48,211 bases of DNA from NCBI RefSeq assembly GCF_001194135.2, contig NC_068995.1, forward strand, positions 22,889,596 to 22,937,806, written 5' to 3'. The first letter of the stretch is position 1. Every line of letters starts with the position of its first letter. The notes beneath the pieces are model-generated. The model had not been told where the DNA came from. It did no database searches and was given only the letters and a program-made list of their open reading frames with translations. Made by a program: the position numbers and the translations under genes. Positions 1-13,137 of this stretch are shown here, piece by piece. The DNA is from Octopus bimaculoides (taxonomy: Eukaryota).

Positions 1-9
1 TATATATAT

Positions 10-162
10 GGCATTACATGAGCACCCACATCGCCAAAAATAGAAGTCAAAATACAGAATTATCTTTGACTTCTATTTGAATTATTTGATATTATTGGCA
101 TTCTGTGCTATAGAAGTATCTTTGACTTCTATTTTTAGCAATGTGGGTGCTCATGTAATGCC
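10..162. repeat. Long-arm inverted repeat (hairpin/MITE-like) next to a TA tract
   Basis: 10-51 GGCATTACATGAGCACCCACATCGCCAAAAATAGAAGTCAAA is the reverse complement of 121-162 with 2 mismatches; TATCTTTGACTTCTATTT also occurs twice in direct orientation (61-78, 117-134). Confidence 0.85.
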
Positions 163-170
163 TTCGTGTG

Positions 171-212
<42 letters not shown>

Positions 213-370
213 CCGCCAACATCGCTTGACATCCGATACCGGTGTGTTTACGTAACTTAGCGGTTCGACAAAAGACAATAAATAAGTGCTAGGCTTACAA
301 AGAATATATTTTAGGGTTGATTTGCTCGATTAAAGGTGGTGCTCTAGCATGGCCGCAATCAAATATCTGA
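213..370 (+). mobile_element. tRNA-derived SINE, 3' half (same family as 47640-47830)
   Basis: Aligns by eye with 47651-47820 (CAACATCGCTTGAC..., CTAGGCTTACAAAGAATA..., GGTGCT.AGCATGGCCGCA.TCAAAT); preceded by (TG)n. Confidence 0.85.
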
Positions 371-1944
371 AGCTTTTCAAAGTATAAATAAATAAAAATA
401 TATGCACACACTGTGTTATATCGCTTAGTATATTAAGGAGTGACATGTTTGTTAAATCCCAGCATTACTTATTTATTTCTTTATTTTATCTTGACTAAAG
501 TGCTCCGAATAATTAGTGTAGAGTTAGTAGAATATCACTTTCCGTTGAAGGAAATCCAGTAAATTATTAAGGGAACATAACTTTAAAGAAACTTAGTGAG
601 AAACAAGGGTTACTACATAATTTCAGAGGAGAGACAGGAAGAGAAATAGAAGAAGTAGAATGAAACGGAAATAATGAATGTGTTGATATAGTTATTGTCC
701 CGGGGCCTATAATCATAAACTATAGATACTTAAATAGAAACAGAATCAGATATATCAAACCGAAGAAGGGGTCTGTACATACACGAGCAGACAGTATTGG
801 TATAAGAAATATTTATACTAGTCTAATGAATTTAATTTAGGCAATGATGAATGTCAATATGATATAGATTTATAAATTTATGTTGGGTAATATCGAAATT
901 TAGAGGGTTAGTGAGCTGTAATCAAATTACAAATTGAAAAACTTGATGTAATAGAGAAGGTAAACCAGAAACAATATACCCCGCAAAAATAAACGCAAGG
1001 AAAACGTTAATCATAACGTGTCTCTCAATTAATGGTGTCACAATATTGAAATCATGTAGATTCAGTAGAAGTTAGATTACTACTTAAATAATTTTAAAAT
1101 ATGGAGAGTATTAAGAAAATGTTACTAGAATTTTAAGAATTCTAAAACTAATAAGAATGCATCCTGTATGTAAAGATATCATCATCTAATAGTTCAAGCA
1201 AATTGTTATTAAAGTGAATTTTGTAAAATATACATTATACAAAAGTACAGACATGAGTATCTTTCATTAGAACTAAAAGTAGCTTAAATATGATCGAATA
1301 AATTTATTATTAGCATTAAAATACGCTATGATAAATTAGTTTAATTTCATTACCAGTTTTTTTTATATCTATATCGTAGAGTTAGACATGTGTCTACCAC
1401 TAGGGTAAGACGTTAGAGAATCGGCCACAAGTATAAGAAAGATAAACAGATAGAATGCGGGCACTGTTCCTTAATGCATTCGATCTATTATGAACATCAC
1501 TCCTGCATTTTAAGATTTCCAACGATTTCAAGCTGCAATCATTACTGAAATTGTTGGAAATTTGTCACTAACAGAAGGCTCAGCGTTTCTAGCGAATCTC
1601 AAATGTTAGTTTGAATCGATATTTTCTTCCCTTTCTCCCAAACCGTCACGTTGTACGATGTTGTTTTCGCTTTATCTCTTTTTCTAAAAGTATGAAGATG
1701 ATTATGTATTCTAGATTTTAAAGTAGATGTGGAACATACGTTACTGAAAGAATGTAGATTAGTTTTCACATTACATTTATGTACAATGTATTTAGTCGGC
1801 CATTTACATTTCTTACTATTACGCTATGTGGTTAATATCGGGTTGGGATTATTGTGGGCTACACAAAGTGGTACAGAATCATAATCAGTAAAATTATGTG
1901 TTAGACATTCTATAAACACCGATACTATTGTCGATAAAAGAGTG

Positions 1945-2212
1945 AAGACACCCTTCAGTTACGAAAAAGCTTGCAGCTAGAAAGTTACCCTCCGAGACAC
2001 AAGTCTGGGCAAGGTTGTTTATGGAAGACCAGCAGTCACCCATGCATACCAGCCTCTTCATTCCACGTGACAGATGTTATCCAATATATTTCTACAGCTG
2101 AGTAAACTAGAGCAACGTGAAATAAAGTCTCTTGCTCAGGAACACAACACAAACCAGTCTGGGAATCGAACTCACTACCTCATGACTGTGAACCCGATGT
2201 TCTAACCAGTGT
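1945..2212 (-). mobile_element. tRNA-derived SINE (same family as 33955-34240)
   Basis: Reverse complement starts with a tRNA-like head containing a B-box (GAGTTCGATTCC); shares GGGCAAGGTTGTTTATGGAAGACCA..CCCATGCATACC with 34035-34080. Confidence 0.85.
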
Positions 2213-2305
2213 CGATCTCACCTCCGTTATTATAAACACTGCTCAATCTCCCAACTGTCCCCCAAAAGATTATACTTGATATGATTATTATTAGTTATTA
2301 ATAAG

Positions 2306-2430
2306 ACGGTGAGCTGGCGGAATCTTTTGCATGCCGAGCAAAATGCTTAGCGGTATTTCGTCGGTCTTTACATTGTGAGTTCAAATTCCGCCGAGGTCGA
2401 CTTTGTCTTTCATCCTTTCAAGTTCGAGGA
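2306..2430 (+). mobile_element. SINE 5' portion (tRNA-like head plus conserved central domain)
   Basis: GGTGAGCTGGCGGAATC (A-box-like), GAGTTCAAATTCC (B-box), then GAGGTCGACTTTGTCTTTCATCCTTTC, resembling a conserved metazoan SINE central domain (recalled, not searched). Confidence 0.75.
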
Positions 2431-2459
2431 AATAGATGCCAGTCAAGCAATTTCAGGCC

Positions 2460-2810
2460 TTGTGCCGATAGTGGAAGGGATTAATACCACTATTACTACA
2501 GTTGTAGTTATTGCAATAGTATTTACTATAACTATTGACACCAGAACAATTAGTTATTGATATTATTAGTATATGAATTGTTAAACTTATGATGGTCATT
2601 CGTTTTTCATTGCCATTAATTAACATCAGTATTAACGTAATTGTCAGCTTTAACCGTATAATTATGATTACCATTATTTCTACACTCATTATTAACACCG
2701 TTATAATTATTGTTATTATATCTATGATGATTACAATTAGACCCGCCACTGTTGTCATTATAGTTACCATCAATGCTATTAACACTGTTATTATCATTCT
2801 TGCAGCTTAG
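2460..2810. repeat. Degenerate trinucleotide (ATT/ACT/ACC) low-complexity tract
   Basis: Period-3 decayed repeats; these explain the I/T/V- and N-rich ORFs at 2453-2903. Confidence 0.8.
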
Positions 2811-3239
2811 TATCGACGGAGTGTAAGAGAGTACAGTGGTATGTATAGCAGTCACATGACAATCGTGGATGAATTCAATCTCAGGCAGCTGCGAACGGAC
2901 CACTAGATCACTGATATGTTGCGTGAGAGCGAAGATACTGAGTTTTGGTTAATTCGCTGTTAGGATTCGTGCTATTGCTATTGCTGGGAGAATTTTTATC
3001 ATTACTTCAGTGGTTAATAGCGGCAGTTTTTGTGTAGATTAGGCGTGGTAGAAACGGGGAACTTAATGCTGTGCTTATTTGATATGTTGATATATGTACT
3101 AGAAGTAGGAAAATGCTATTGAAAGATTTTGAACCTATGGCGGGTGGGTTATACCACAATCTTTCATTTCCATGTAATAACTGCCGAACACCACATTTAT
3201 GTTTACAATTATGAAATTTTACCTTTAAATTCTTACTAC

Positions 3240-6200
3240 ATTTATTACTTTCACTATTATTGCTATTACTGTTGTTATTAACAATATTATTACTTTTATT
3301 ATATGTTTCACTTTTGCTTTGTATTTGTACAAGTTGACTCTAAGTCTAATCCAGAGACATCAAGAGACAACAAGTTAGAAATTCATGTTATTGTTATGCC
3401 TAGGGTGTCATATATTTAGTTTTGCACGTAATATTGTTCTAGAGAAAGTTTAAGAAAACATAAGAAAATTATGAATTCGTTTACAAATTTGAGATTACAT
3501 AGACAGTATTTAACGTAGGATATGGGCAGTTCCTATGAGCACTATTATTTGAATTTCTGCTATTTTCGGGTTTGGTCTCCTGGTATCTGCACTAGGTAGG
3601 AGTCAGCCCCTATGCTATCATTCCTAGGGAATCTATGACAACAGGTATTGTTTTAGTCTTGAGGTTCCGCATTTTGCCAATTTATATTTCAAGATTTTTA
3701 TACTTGCTCAGTTTTTGGCAGGTCTTGACAGATACATGTATGTTGATTGGGACAGTCATATCAATGAAGATGTACCATTGTTTCTGAAGTCTTTCAATAT
3801 AATGTCTGGCCTATTCGCATCTATCTTTCTGTCAGTTTGAATGGTGAAGTTCCAGAGGAGTGAGATGTGATTATTTTCAAGTACTGGAGATTGTTTGTAT
3901 TCCCACCAGGTTTTATCATAGAACAAGTTCAGTTTTTATCATGGGTTAGGTCTAGTGTTTTGCAAATTAGCCAGTGAATATAATGTGTTGCTCTATCATG
4001 CCTGTTGAGATACTCTGCAGACGCAAGAAGACTGCACATGAAGACAATACTGTCAATGGTTTCATTGTGTTGTTGACATACACGACATGTTGGTCTACTA
4101 CCGTTCTTTAATAAGTTGGCCTGGTAGTTCCTTGTAGGTAGGCATTGATCTAGAGCTGCTTTGATAACCTTTCTGATTTTAAGCCATAAGACACTAACCA
4201 TTTATGGGTAAGAGCTTTCTGAACATCGGCGCTATTAGCTCTCTTTGGGTATTTGCCATTGAGAGGTTTTACTTGCCATTTATCAGTCAGAATATCTAAG
4301 GCAGAAGTTTTATCACTGGTTTTCATACGCTTAACTTTTTCTGTACTTTCTCATAGTACGTCTAATTCTGGAATTTGTTGTATTCGGAATTCTCTTAGAT
4401 ATCCCTTTGCTTGTTTTGTTACTGAGTATGACGCTTTCTTGTTTTCATGTATCAAAATTTGTCAGGCTGGTGTCTATGCCGATTGTGGCAATCTTCATTG
4501 TTAATTCCAGTTGTAAAAGCAACCCTATATTCGTGGCAGGTAAAGTCGTTCTAGATGTGCCTCAGGGCGATGCATTCTGTGCATTGTCAGCCATTTTCGT
4601 ATTTTTCTGTCAAGAGTACATATTTCAGTAATTGACCAGTTAATGATATTGAAACTGTAAGTCACGACCGGTATGGCTAAAGTAGTGATCGCTTCGATCC
4701 TGTTTCTTGCATTCAGCCCTGTCTTAGGTATTGCCCTTACCCTGCGATAGCATTCTCTTCTGATCCTTTCCCTCATCACTGAGTGTTTGATTCCGTCCCC
4801 TTAAAATACCCCTAGATATTTGTAGCTCTCCGCTGGTTCTAACTCCTTTATGACATTCTGCTGGTCAGGATTAACGTTGAATATTTTAATTAGTTTTCTT
4901 TTGATAAAGGTAGCTTTTGCACATTTATCGATGTCAAATTGCATCGTGATGTCGTCACTGAATTGTTTAACAAACGCTACTAAGCCCTGTAGTTGTTGGT
5001 CATTTATTGCAAAGAGCTCTAGATCATACATGTAAATGAGATGACATATTTTTATCAAACATTATACAGCCGTATTGTACACCATCGAGCTATTTCGAGA
5101 GATGCATTAAGGCTAGACACAAAAGAAGTGGTGATGGACTGTCACCCTTGAAAATGTCACACAAAATTCTTACATCTCCAGTATTGAGAGATTCATTGTC
5201 AATGTTCAAAGTCAGTCTGGTTCTCCATGATCTCATACAGAGAAGTTTCGTAGAGTTGGCTGTATTTTATACATTTCCAGACATTTCTTAATCCAGCTAT
5301 TTGGTAGATAATCAAACGCTTTAGCATAGTCTATCCAGACTATCGACTATCCAGTCTATCCAGGCTATCTTCAAAACCATAGGACCCACGTTTATATCGT
5401 TTTTGCTCATTAGAGTATATGCTAATTTCTATTAAAAACTATAGGTGAATTCAGTCAAGACAGTTGTTAGTATTTTATATATTGTTAATAAGTCTAAGGG
5501 TCTATATATTTTTGGTTCATTTGTTTCTTCATTTTTGGAAGTAGGAATGTTACACCATTAACTAGCCAAGAGGGAATCATACTAGGTTGTTGCAAAACAT
5601 TGTTGTAAAGTTTTGTTAGCAATGCATGTTTTTTTCTGGAAAGTCATTCAACCAGGAGTTAGGAATTGTATCCTTTCCTGGGGAATTCCAGTTATTTCAC
5701 TCCCTGAGAGCAGATCTTACATCCTCTACCTTGATACCCTCTCACTTTTGCTCTTCTAAAGAGTCTAAGTCTGTAGATATTCTACCACTTCAAGAGGATC
5801 TTCATTGATGTTTTTTCTTCTGTCCAAATATAATTCCAAATATCCTGCACTTCTTCTTTTAATGGGGAAGACTTTACTGTAACTGGTATTTTCCTTATCT
5901 TCTTGTAAAACTGTTGGGTTATTTTTGAACATGTTGTCCTTCAAGAATCTAACGCGCTTTCTTTAGCTTACTCAGCGGGAACCTTTGGCACATACCTTTT
6001 GCTTGGTAATTTCTATCGTGGTATCGATGTCAAGGATAGTTTACATATTTTATATTTTCTTTTAATCTTCGAATTTTCGTTGGTTCGATAGTCTTTTCAG
6101 ACCTAAGGTTTTTTTTTTAATATTCTATGACAGACCTAAGTAGCCGGATTTGGTGTTGAATACGGTCTCCCCAAGTAGGTTTTTTTTTGTGGGAATATTG

Positions 6201-6890
6201 TCGTTTTCGACTCTTTTCACCATATAGAATCGTTAAGAGTTAATTATTCCCTCTGTAGTATCTTCTTTGGCTGCAACTTCGTTTCTTGTATTCTTTACGG
6301 ATTGTTTAATTTAGTCAATCTTTAATTCAGTTAGTAATTTCGTTTTCATAATGTTTCTTCTGAAGTTCGCAAGTCTGTTACTGTCTATGTAGGGTCTGAC
6401 TTCAAGGTGCTTCTGTCTCTAGTTTAAGTAGGTTTGTGCGGTATCAGATTGGTTTGTGAAGAAATACACGGCATGATAGAAAGGCCTTAAGAACTCTTTT
6501 ATTTTCTTCCCTAGATCATTTTTCGTTATTTTTTCTTTTGGTTATTTGATGACAAGTATGGATGGTCATCTGTTGGAATATTTCGTTTGTGAACTACTTC
6601 CAGCTCCTGTATTTCGGGAATATTTGAAGCAGTAGCTAACTTTTCGTATCCAATTTGTTTCATCATTCGAGTACACGATCCTCGGAGATCCGGGACAGGG
6701 CATTTTCGGTCTGCATTTTGCTTTTTTTTATCACTGAGGCATGACAAGCTTGGAGGTTGACATTAGGGGACGGATCTGTCTGTTCAGGGTTACTTTTTTG
6801 AGACAACACAACCACCGAGTTCTCTGAATGAAAACATTGCACGTAACGTAGCTTCTTAAGGCGAACAGATCTGTATTCGTCTGCATTGTT
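3240..6890 (-). mobile_element. Decayed R4/Dong-clade non-LTR retrotransposon (RT + CCHC knuckle + restriction-like endonuclease)
   Basis: Minus-strand translation: IFKGDSPSPLL and HLIYMYDLELFA (RT, YMDD mutated) near 5010-5150; CRVCQQHNETIDSIVFMCSLLASAEYLNRHD (CCHC) at 3990-4095; LLWNFTIQTDRKIDANRPDIILKD...FIDMTVP...KLSKYKNLEI (RLE) at 3680-3870. Many stops and frameshifts; 3' end runs into a TAA-like tract at 3240-3300. Confidence 0.93.
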
Positions 6891-8984
6891 TTGTTGGTAG
6901 ATTTATATCCGGGTATAGAATTTTGTGGTGTTTTTAAACTCTCTCTGTGCTAGTTCGAAAATATAAAATTTCTTGTTTTGTTTTTTTCTTTTTATTCTTG
7001 CTTCGTTTGTGACACATGTTTTCATATGCGTGAATGTATGACCTGTAAATTTCACGTTGGTGCGTAAACATTGGGATGTGTGTGCATTCTTATGGGTATG
7101 TNNNNNNNNNNNNNNNNNNNNNNNNNNNNNNNNNNNNNNNNNNNNNNNNNNNNNNNNNNNNNNNNNNNNNNNNNNNNNNNNNNNNNNNNNNNNNNNNNNN
7201 NNNNNNNNNNNNNNNNNNNNNNNNNNNNNNNNNNNNNNNNNNNNNNNNNNNNNNNNNNNNNNNNNNNNNNNNNNNNNNNNNNNNNNNNNNNNNNNNNNNN
7301 NNNNNNNNNNNNNNNNNNNNNNNNNNNNNNNNNNNNNNNNNNNNNNNNNNNNNNNNNNNNNNNNNNNNNNNNNNNNNNNNNNNNNNNNNNNNNNTATATA
7401 TATGTGTATATATATATATAAGGTTATATATATAATGTTATTGGTATTACCTAAGGAGTATTGTGGAAATATACTGTATGGTCGTTTAAGCATTTGGATT
7501 TATGGTAGAATTTGAATGTGTGAAAAGAGCGATGGTTGCATGTGCTTAGTGCCTCATCACAAACATCTAATTATATTCGTGTGTATGTGCGTGCATGCAT
7601 ATGTAAGTGTATATGTTTGTGTGTGTGTATGCGTGTATACTTGGAATGACTATTTGTATATACTATTGTATTTTACTCACAAGGTAATGGAATCTTATAT
7701 GTATACCATTCTGACTAAATAATGGATCTACAAATACAATATCCCTGCACATCTCACATTTATTTTCATTCCTCCATTTAACTCTCTATTTCGTATCTTA
7801 CCTAAATTAACTATTGCATAACCATTTTCTCACACCGTCTCCGATGAATGGGTATAATAAATATCCTGGAAAGAGCTGTAAGACCTATTTCTAAATGTTC
7901 TAAAATCTTCACAGCCTTGGTTTTTTATCTCATTCTGAAAAAATGTTTTTGTNNNNNNNNNNNNNNNNNNNNNNNNNNNNNNNNNNNNNNNNNNNNNNNN
8001 NNNNNNNNNNNNNNNNNNNNNNNNNNNNNNNNNNNNNNNNNNNNNNNNNNNNNNNNNNNNNNNNNNNNNNNNNNNNNNNNNNNNNNNNNNNNNNNNNNNN
8101 NNNNNNNNNNNNNNNNNNNNNNNNNNNNNNNNNNNNNNNNNNNNNNNNNNNNNNNNNNNNNNNNNNNNNNNNNNNNNNNNNNNNNNNNNNNNNNNNNNNN
8201 NNNNNNNNNNNNNNNNNNNNNNNNNNNNNNNNNNNNNNNNNNNNNNNNNNNNNNNNNNNNNNNNNNNNNNNNNNNNNNNNNNNNNNNNNNNNNNNNNNNN
8301 NNNNNNNNNNNNNNNNNNNNNNNNNNNNNNNNNNNNNNNNNNNNNNNNNNNNNNNNNNNNNNNNNNNNNNNNNNNNNNNNNNNNNNNNNNNNNNNNNNNN
8401 NNNNNNNNNNNNNNNNNNNNNNNNNNNNNNNNNNNNNNNNNNNNNNNNNNNNNNNNNNNNNNNNNNNNNNNNNNNNNNNNNNNNNNNNNNNNNNNNNNNN
8501 NNNNNNNNNNNNNNNNNNNNNNNNNNNNNNNNNNNNNNNNNNNNNNNNNNNNNNNNNNNNNNNNNNNNNNNNNNNNNNNNNNNNNNNNNNNNNNNNNNNN
8601 NNNNNNNNNNNNNNNNNNNNNNNNNNNNNNNNNNNNNNNNNNNNNNNNNNNNNNNNNNNNNATTGATGTACATTATTCTGGGGCTCTCAATCATCGAGTT
8701 CATTCAAGCCTTGAAAGAAACATCTGCACAAACCTGATTTTTATTTTTTAAATTAGCACCCAATACATGTCATTGCATGCTACACAACAGCTATCTCTTG
8801 ATATTAACTCTAGCAGTGCATGTCCTCACCCCTAACACATCAGTAACTTTGAAGGATATGAGAAATTGTTACTAGTCAAGTATGCATAATGAAACATTAA
8901 TCCCGCTAATAGATTTCTCACAGCTGAGCTGCCTTTTTTTCTAGGTATAACGTAACCTACAATGGTTGGATAGTCCACATTACT

Positions 8985-9215
8985 CGGTAAGGAGCATACA
9001 GCCGGTTTCTTTGTTTCTCTGGTGTATATATTCCTCCCTGAATGGGACGCCCAAGAGCCACAAGATTACACATATTTTTCCAGCTTAGTGAACAAGAACA
9101 ACGTAGAAGTAAGTGTTTTACTCATGAACACAACTCATCGCCCGGTCCAGGAATGGAAATCACTATCTTAAGATCATGAGTCGAACATGCTAACCACTCA
9201 GGCATGCGGCTCCGC
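8985..9215 (-). mobile_element. tRNA-derived SINE (family of 19250-19495)
   Basis: Reverse complement starts with a tRNA-like head (GCCTGAGTGGTTAGCATGTTCGACTCATGATC); body GGGACGCC, CCAGCT.AGTG, AAGTGTTTT, CGCCCGGTCCAG shared with 19320-19440. Confidence 0.8.
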
Positions 9216-9424
9216 TATTATGACTTAAAATATTTAAGCAAATTCCCCACCGCTAGTAACTGAGTGGTACTTTCTATCCCAGTCGTTAACAATTGCTCAT
9301 AGCATGGCAGAGCTCTTTAGATTTCACACATACTAATGTGAAATCATCTTTTAAATATCTTGCATGTATTAATGCTACCATCATTACGGAGTCCTTATTC
9401 TCACCACATTATAGTTAAGAAATT

Positions 9425-9647
9425 GGAGGCGCAATGGCCCAGTGGTTAGGGCAGTGGACTCGCGGTCATAGGATCGCGGTTTCGATTCCCAGACCGGGCG
9501 TTGTGAGTGTTTATTGAGCCAAAACACCTAAAGCTGCACGAGGCTCCGATAGGGGATGGTGGCGAACCCTGCTGTGCACTTTCACCACAACTTTCTCTCA
9601 CTCTTACTTCCTGTCGTAAGCGACGGAGTGCCAACAACAACAACAAT
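9425..9647 (+). mobile_element. Near full-length tRNA-derived SINE with (AAC)n tail
   Basis: A-box TGGCCCAGTGG, B-box-like GGTTTCGATTCCC, 3' GTCGTAAGCGACGGAGTGCC followed by (AAC)4. Confidence 0.9.
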
Positions 9648-9711
9648 AGTTAAGAATAATAATCTCATCAGTTACGAAGGAAATCCTTCACCTTCAACAT
9701 CCATTTCTAAC

Positions 9712-9804
9712 CATCGGCTTCGATCACTTTGATTAGTGGGCTAACAGCATCGTGGTTCGCCGCGTCACATTTAAAAGTCATACGCGCATCCCTTTCTACC
9801 AGAC
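9712..9804 (-). CDS. Candidate internal coding exon (phase 1/1, 93 nt): (G)LVERDARMTFKCDAANHDAVSPLIKVIEAD(G); product unknown, weakly Ig-like
   Basis: Acceptor TTGTCTTTTACTCAG|G and donor G|GTTAGA; only one of three frames is open; GC-richer than flanks. No homology confirmed. Confidence 0.4.
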
Positions 9805-11636
9805 CTGAGTAAAAGACAATTTTAGATATCAATTTACACATAAAAATTGCCGAAATTGTCTATAATGACCCTTTATGTGCTTGTGTGTAAATACATATAA
9901 GTGTATGGATTTGCGCATGTTTGTATGTATTTACGATGGAGAGCTGAAATGTTCTTGGTTTTGAGTAAAAGAAAATGCTGGAGGAACAGTTAATTATGAT
10001 TTTCTTCAACATATTCCCCTCTCAGATTCACACACTTATTGCAGTAGTCGTTCAGTTATTTCTAAGCCCTGTAAAAAAGACTTCCAACCAGACCGTTTAC
10101 GATATACGTATGTATGCATATATGTTTGTGTATTTATATCTGTATGCTTGTCTATCTGTCCGTATATGTATATACATATGTGTGTGTGTGTGTGTGTGTG
10201 CGTGTGTATACATATATATATATACGCACACACGCACATAAATAGTGTGAGAGAGAAAGACTGTCATAAAACCATGTATATTTGTGTCAACATGCACGTG
10301 TATGCACACGTGCACATGTAATAATGCGTAACAGTTATGAACTTCTCCATGTATATTAGTGTGTGTGTGTACGTATGCGTCTGTGTATGTGTGCGTGCGC
10401 GCACGTGCATCTGTATATGTTTATATTTATTTCAAAACATGGATGATGTTAATTAGGTCTTTGATTTCATTTCCATGATATGTCCACATATTTGAAAACG
10501 AATGTGATTTGTAAAAAAAAATTAAAGAGATGAAAATTAATTTTGATCAATGCACGAAAAACACTTCTATGATGATACTTCAAAGGATTTATCTCAGTCT
10601 TCACACACTAGCTTACACATACTGCATCTGCTGTCATTTTGTTTTGCTTTTCTCTTCGTTTTGTGCTTGTTCTCGCTTTTCTTTCTCTTTTTCTGTTTCT
10701 TCATATTCTCTTGTTCTCTGTCTTTATCGTCGCCGCTACCTTCAAACTTAATTTCTGCTTTTCTCTCTTTCTCAATGATACTATGAGCTTATTCATATAA
10801 CCTGCAAAAGTAGGCAGTAAAAATTGTATAGATTGAGCCACAATTTATAAGCAAAGGGTCATATATGATTACACAAGGACATTAAACATTTATATTTGTA
10901 TAGCAAACAATTTTTACAACAGTAACCAAAAAATAAGCTGGTTCAACTTTCTTTCCAATGATTATACCATTTATATGAAAGCATACATATCACAATTCAC
11001 ATTTCTACACTATAACATGGCTATTTATCAGCTGATTGCTATCAGTAGTCATCTAAATTCAATTAATTTACGCTACTCTATCAATGACGTTTATTAAACA
11101 CAAGGTATATTATCGTACATATACTATAACATGGAAAACTTATTGTTGCAAGTTACCGTGCTGAGACACCAGAATATTTCTTTCTTGATATTCAATCACA
11201 CCTGAATCCATCTCGCATTTATATAGGTGTTTAGGAATATATCATGTGTCTAGCGTTTTAAAGGAGAATAGCGCGGTATTTGCTGGAGATGTTGCTGGCT
11301 TCAAGTACGGGGCGTGACGACAGCTTCTCATTTAGTTTTATATTGGTAGGAGTTTTGCACAATATTCTAAATAGTTTATAACATTCAGAGGGTGCTTTGT
11401 TTGCTGGCTTCACTATTGCATTCAGTTTCCATTTCCTTCTTACCAATACATTAGTTTCGATGTATGTCTTATACAAACTCATTTATTTCATATTGCCATT
11501 TCCCTACTACATAAAGAAGAATCAAATATCCATATATGTTTACGAGTTCATGGTCCTCTAAGCAAAATTCCTGGTCTTCTGCTATTTGTGCATCATGGCA
11601 CTATGTATGTCATATTTGTGGCATCTTTCCTACTAA

Positions 11637-11685
<49 letters not shown>

Positions 11686-13137
11686 GCAAACATACAGAAA
11701 CACATACTCATATGTACAAGCATCAAAACATCCATACATCTTCCATATTATATTTATTATATGTATGATACGGATGTAATCATATGCGTGAGTCATTTCA
11801 ATAGATATTTATTCATGAAAATGGAAAAGCATTATTTTCAATGGTATGTTTTTTGTTTGCGAATTAATTTCAGATTACTCTTGCCTTTTGCAGAACTACA
11901 AAATCACTACGGCGTGTCTAATTAAGAATATTTAATCTTTCAGAAGTAGAAAGCTTCAAAAGTGCTGTAATGGAAAAATATAAGTTATACTATAATTCCC
12001 AGAGAACTGCTACGGTTGCTCTTGAAAACACAAAAATAAAATATTTCCACTGAATTCGCATATTCAATATGAAAAATACGATGCTCTCTACATCATTTGT
12101 TTATGTATATATTCATTTTGATTTTGATTTATGCATTTCTTTTATGAAAAATATGATGTTATCAATATTAGTTGCAAACAAATATATGCAGTATTAAACA
12201 AAATATCATTTTTTTATTATACTAAAAGTGTGATTGTTATTGTACTACGAAATATTTTGATACTTAATGATAAATACTACTATTAGAAAATAACGCAGGA
12301 AATATAACGGTAAATACACATTTGGAATGATTACTGACACAAGTGCGTTAGCAGCATATAATTGTCTCAGTTTCAACATATATTCCCAGATCAAATCACT
12401 TACGAAATACGCAAGCTAAAGTTTAATATCTCAGATATTAAGTTAAGTAATAGAAAGCGGTACGAAATCACTGCATTTGGTATATGTATTAATCTTACCA
12501 GTTTATACGACCCTAGAATTAATTATTCATAGTACACAGATATATGTAACGCACATTGCATCAAATAAATTTAATCATACGTATAAATTCTTGCAGATGT
12601 AGGCTAACAAGAAAATATAAAAAAAAGAATATATAACTGCGAAAGCATATGGATGAGTATGTATGAAACAACGATCAGGCATTCAGTTGACAGGACAAAA
12701 ACAACCCAGGTAACACTTAACTGTTGTAAGCATGTTTAGCGTTTTCCAAAAGCGAATACTTTGCCTTTTTTCACCACTACACAACGTGAGCAGCGTCCCG
12801 ATTTTAGGTCCTACAGTTACCTTACATTTATGTTAGAAGATAAGAAACGTGCATAAAACAGAACTTCACTAAGTTATTTATTTTGTCATACATATCTACT
12901 GTTTACATTGCCAATTTTCCAGTAACTAAATTCACACGTGTATATATATATATACGTATATATATACAGATATAGGGCAGGGAATCGTCAATTAGTAATA
13001 AAATTAATAATTAACAATTTAGCCAAGTAGTTCAGTATGAAAAAACCTTTATCGGTAAAACCATTTATAATCATAAAATACAGGGATTAGCATGAGTTGC
13101 TTCTCCAATATACTGAGAATTTAGAAATAGCAGTCAA

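Noticed and set aside
2453-2903. Hydrophobic I/T/V-rich ORFs resembling membrane proteins
   Set aside because: Decayed trinucleotide repeat; open on both strands for compositional reasons.
7681-7934. Two minus-strand exon-like segments (7934-7834, 7710-7681) with good splice sites
   Set aside because: Their phases are incompatible with each other (joining gives a stop) and the peptides are unrecognisable.
11258-11482. 74-aa minus-strand ORF with protein-like composition
   Set aside because: No recognisable motif, and a strong donor after codon 13 makes the boundaries ambiguous.
13025-13070. CCGATAA-AGG...CT-GAAC on the minus strand as a hammerhead
   Set aside because: Three core mismatches and only a 2-3 bp stem; not distinguishable from chance without a consensus.
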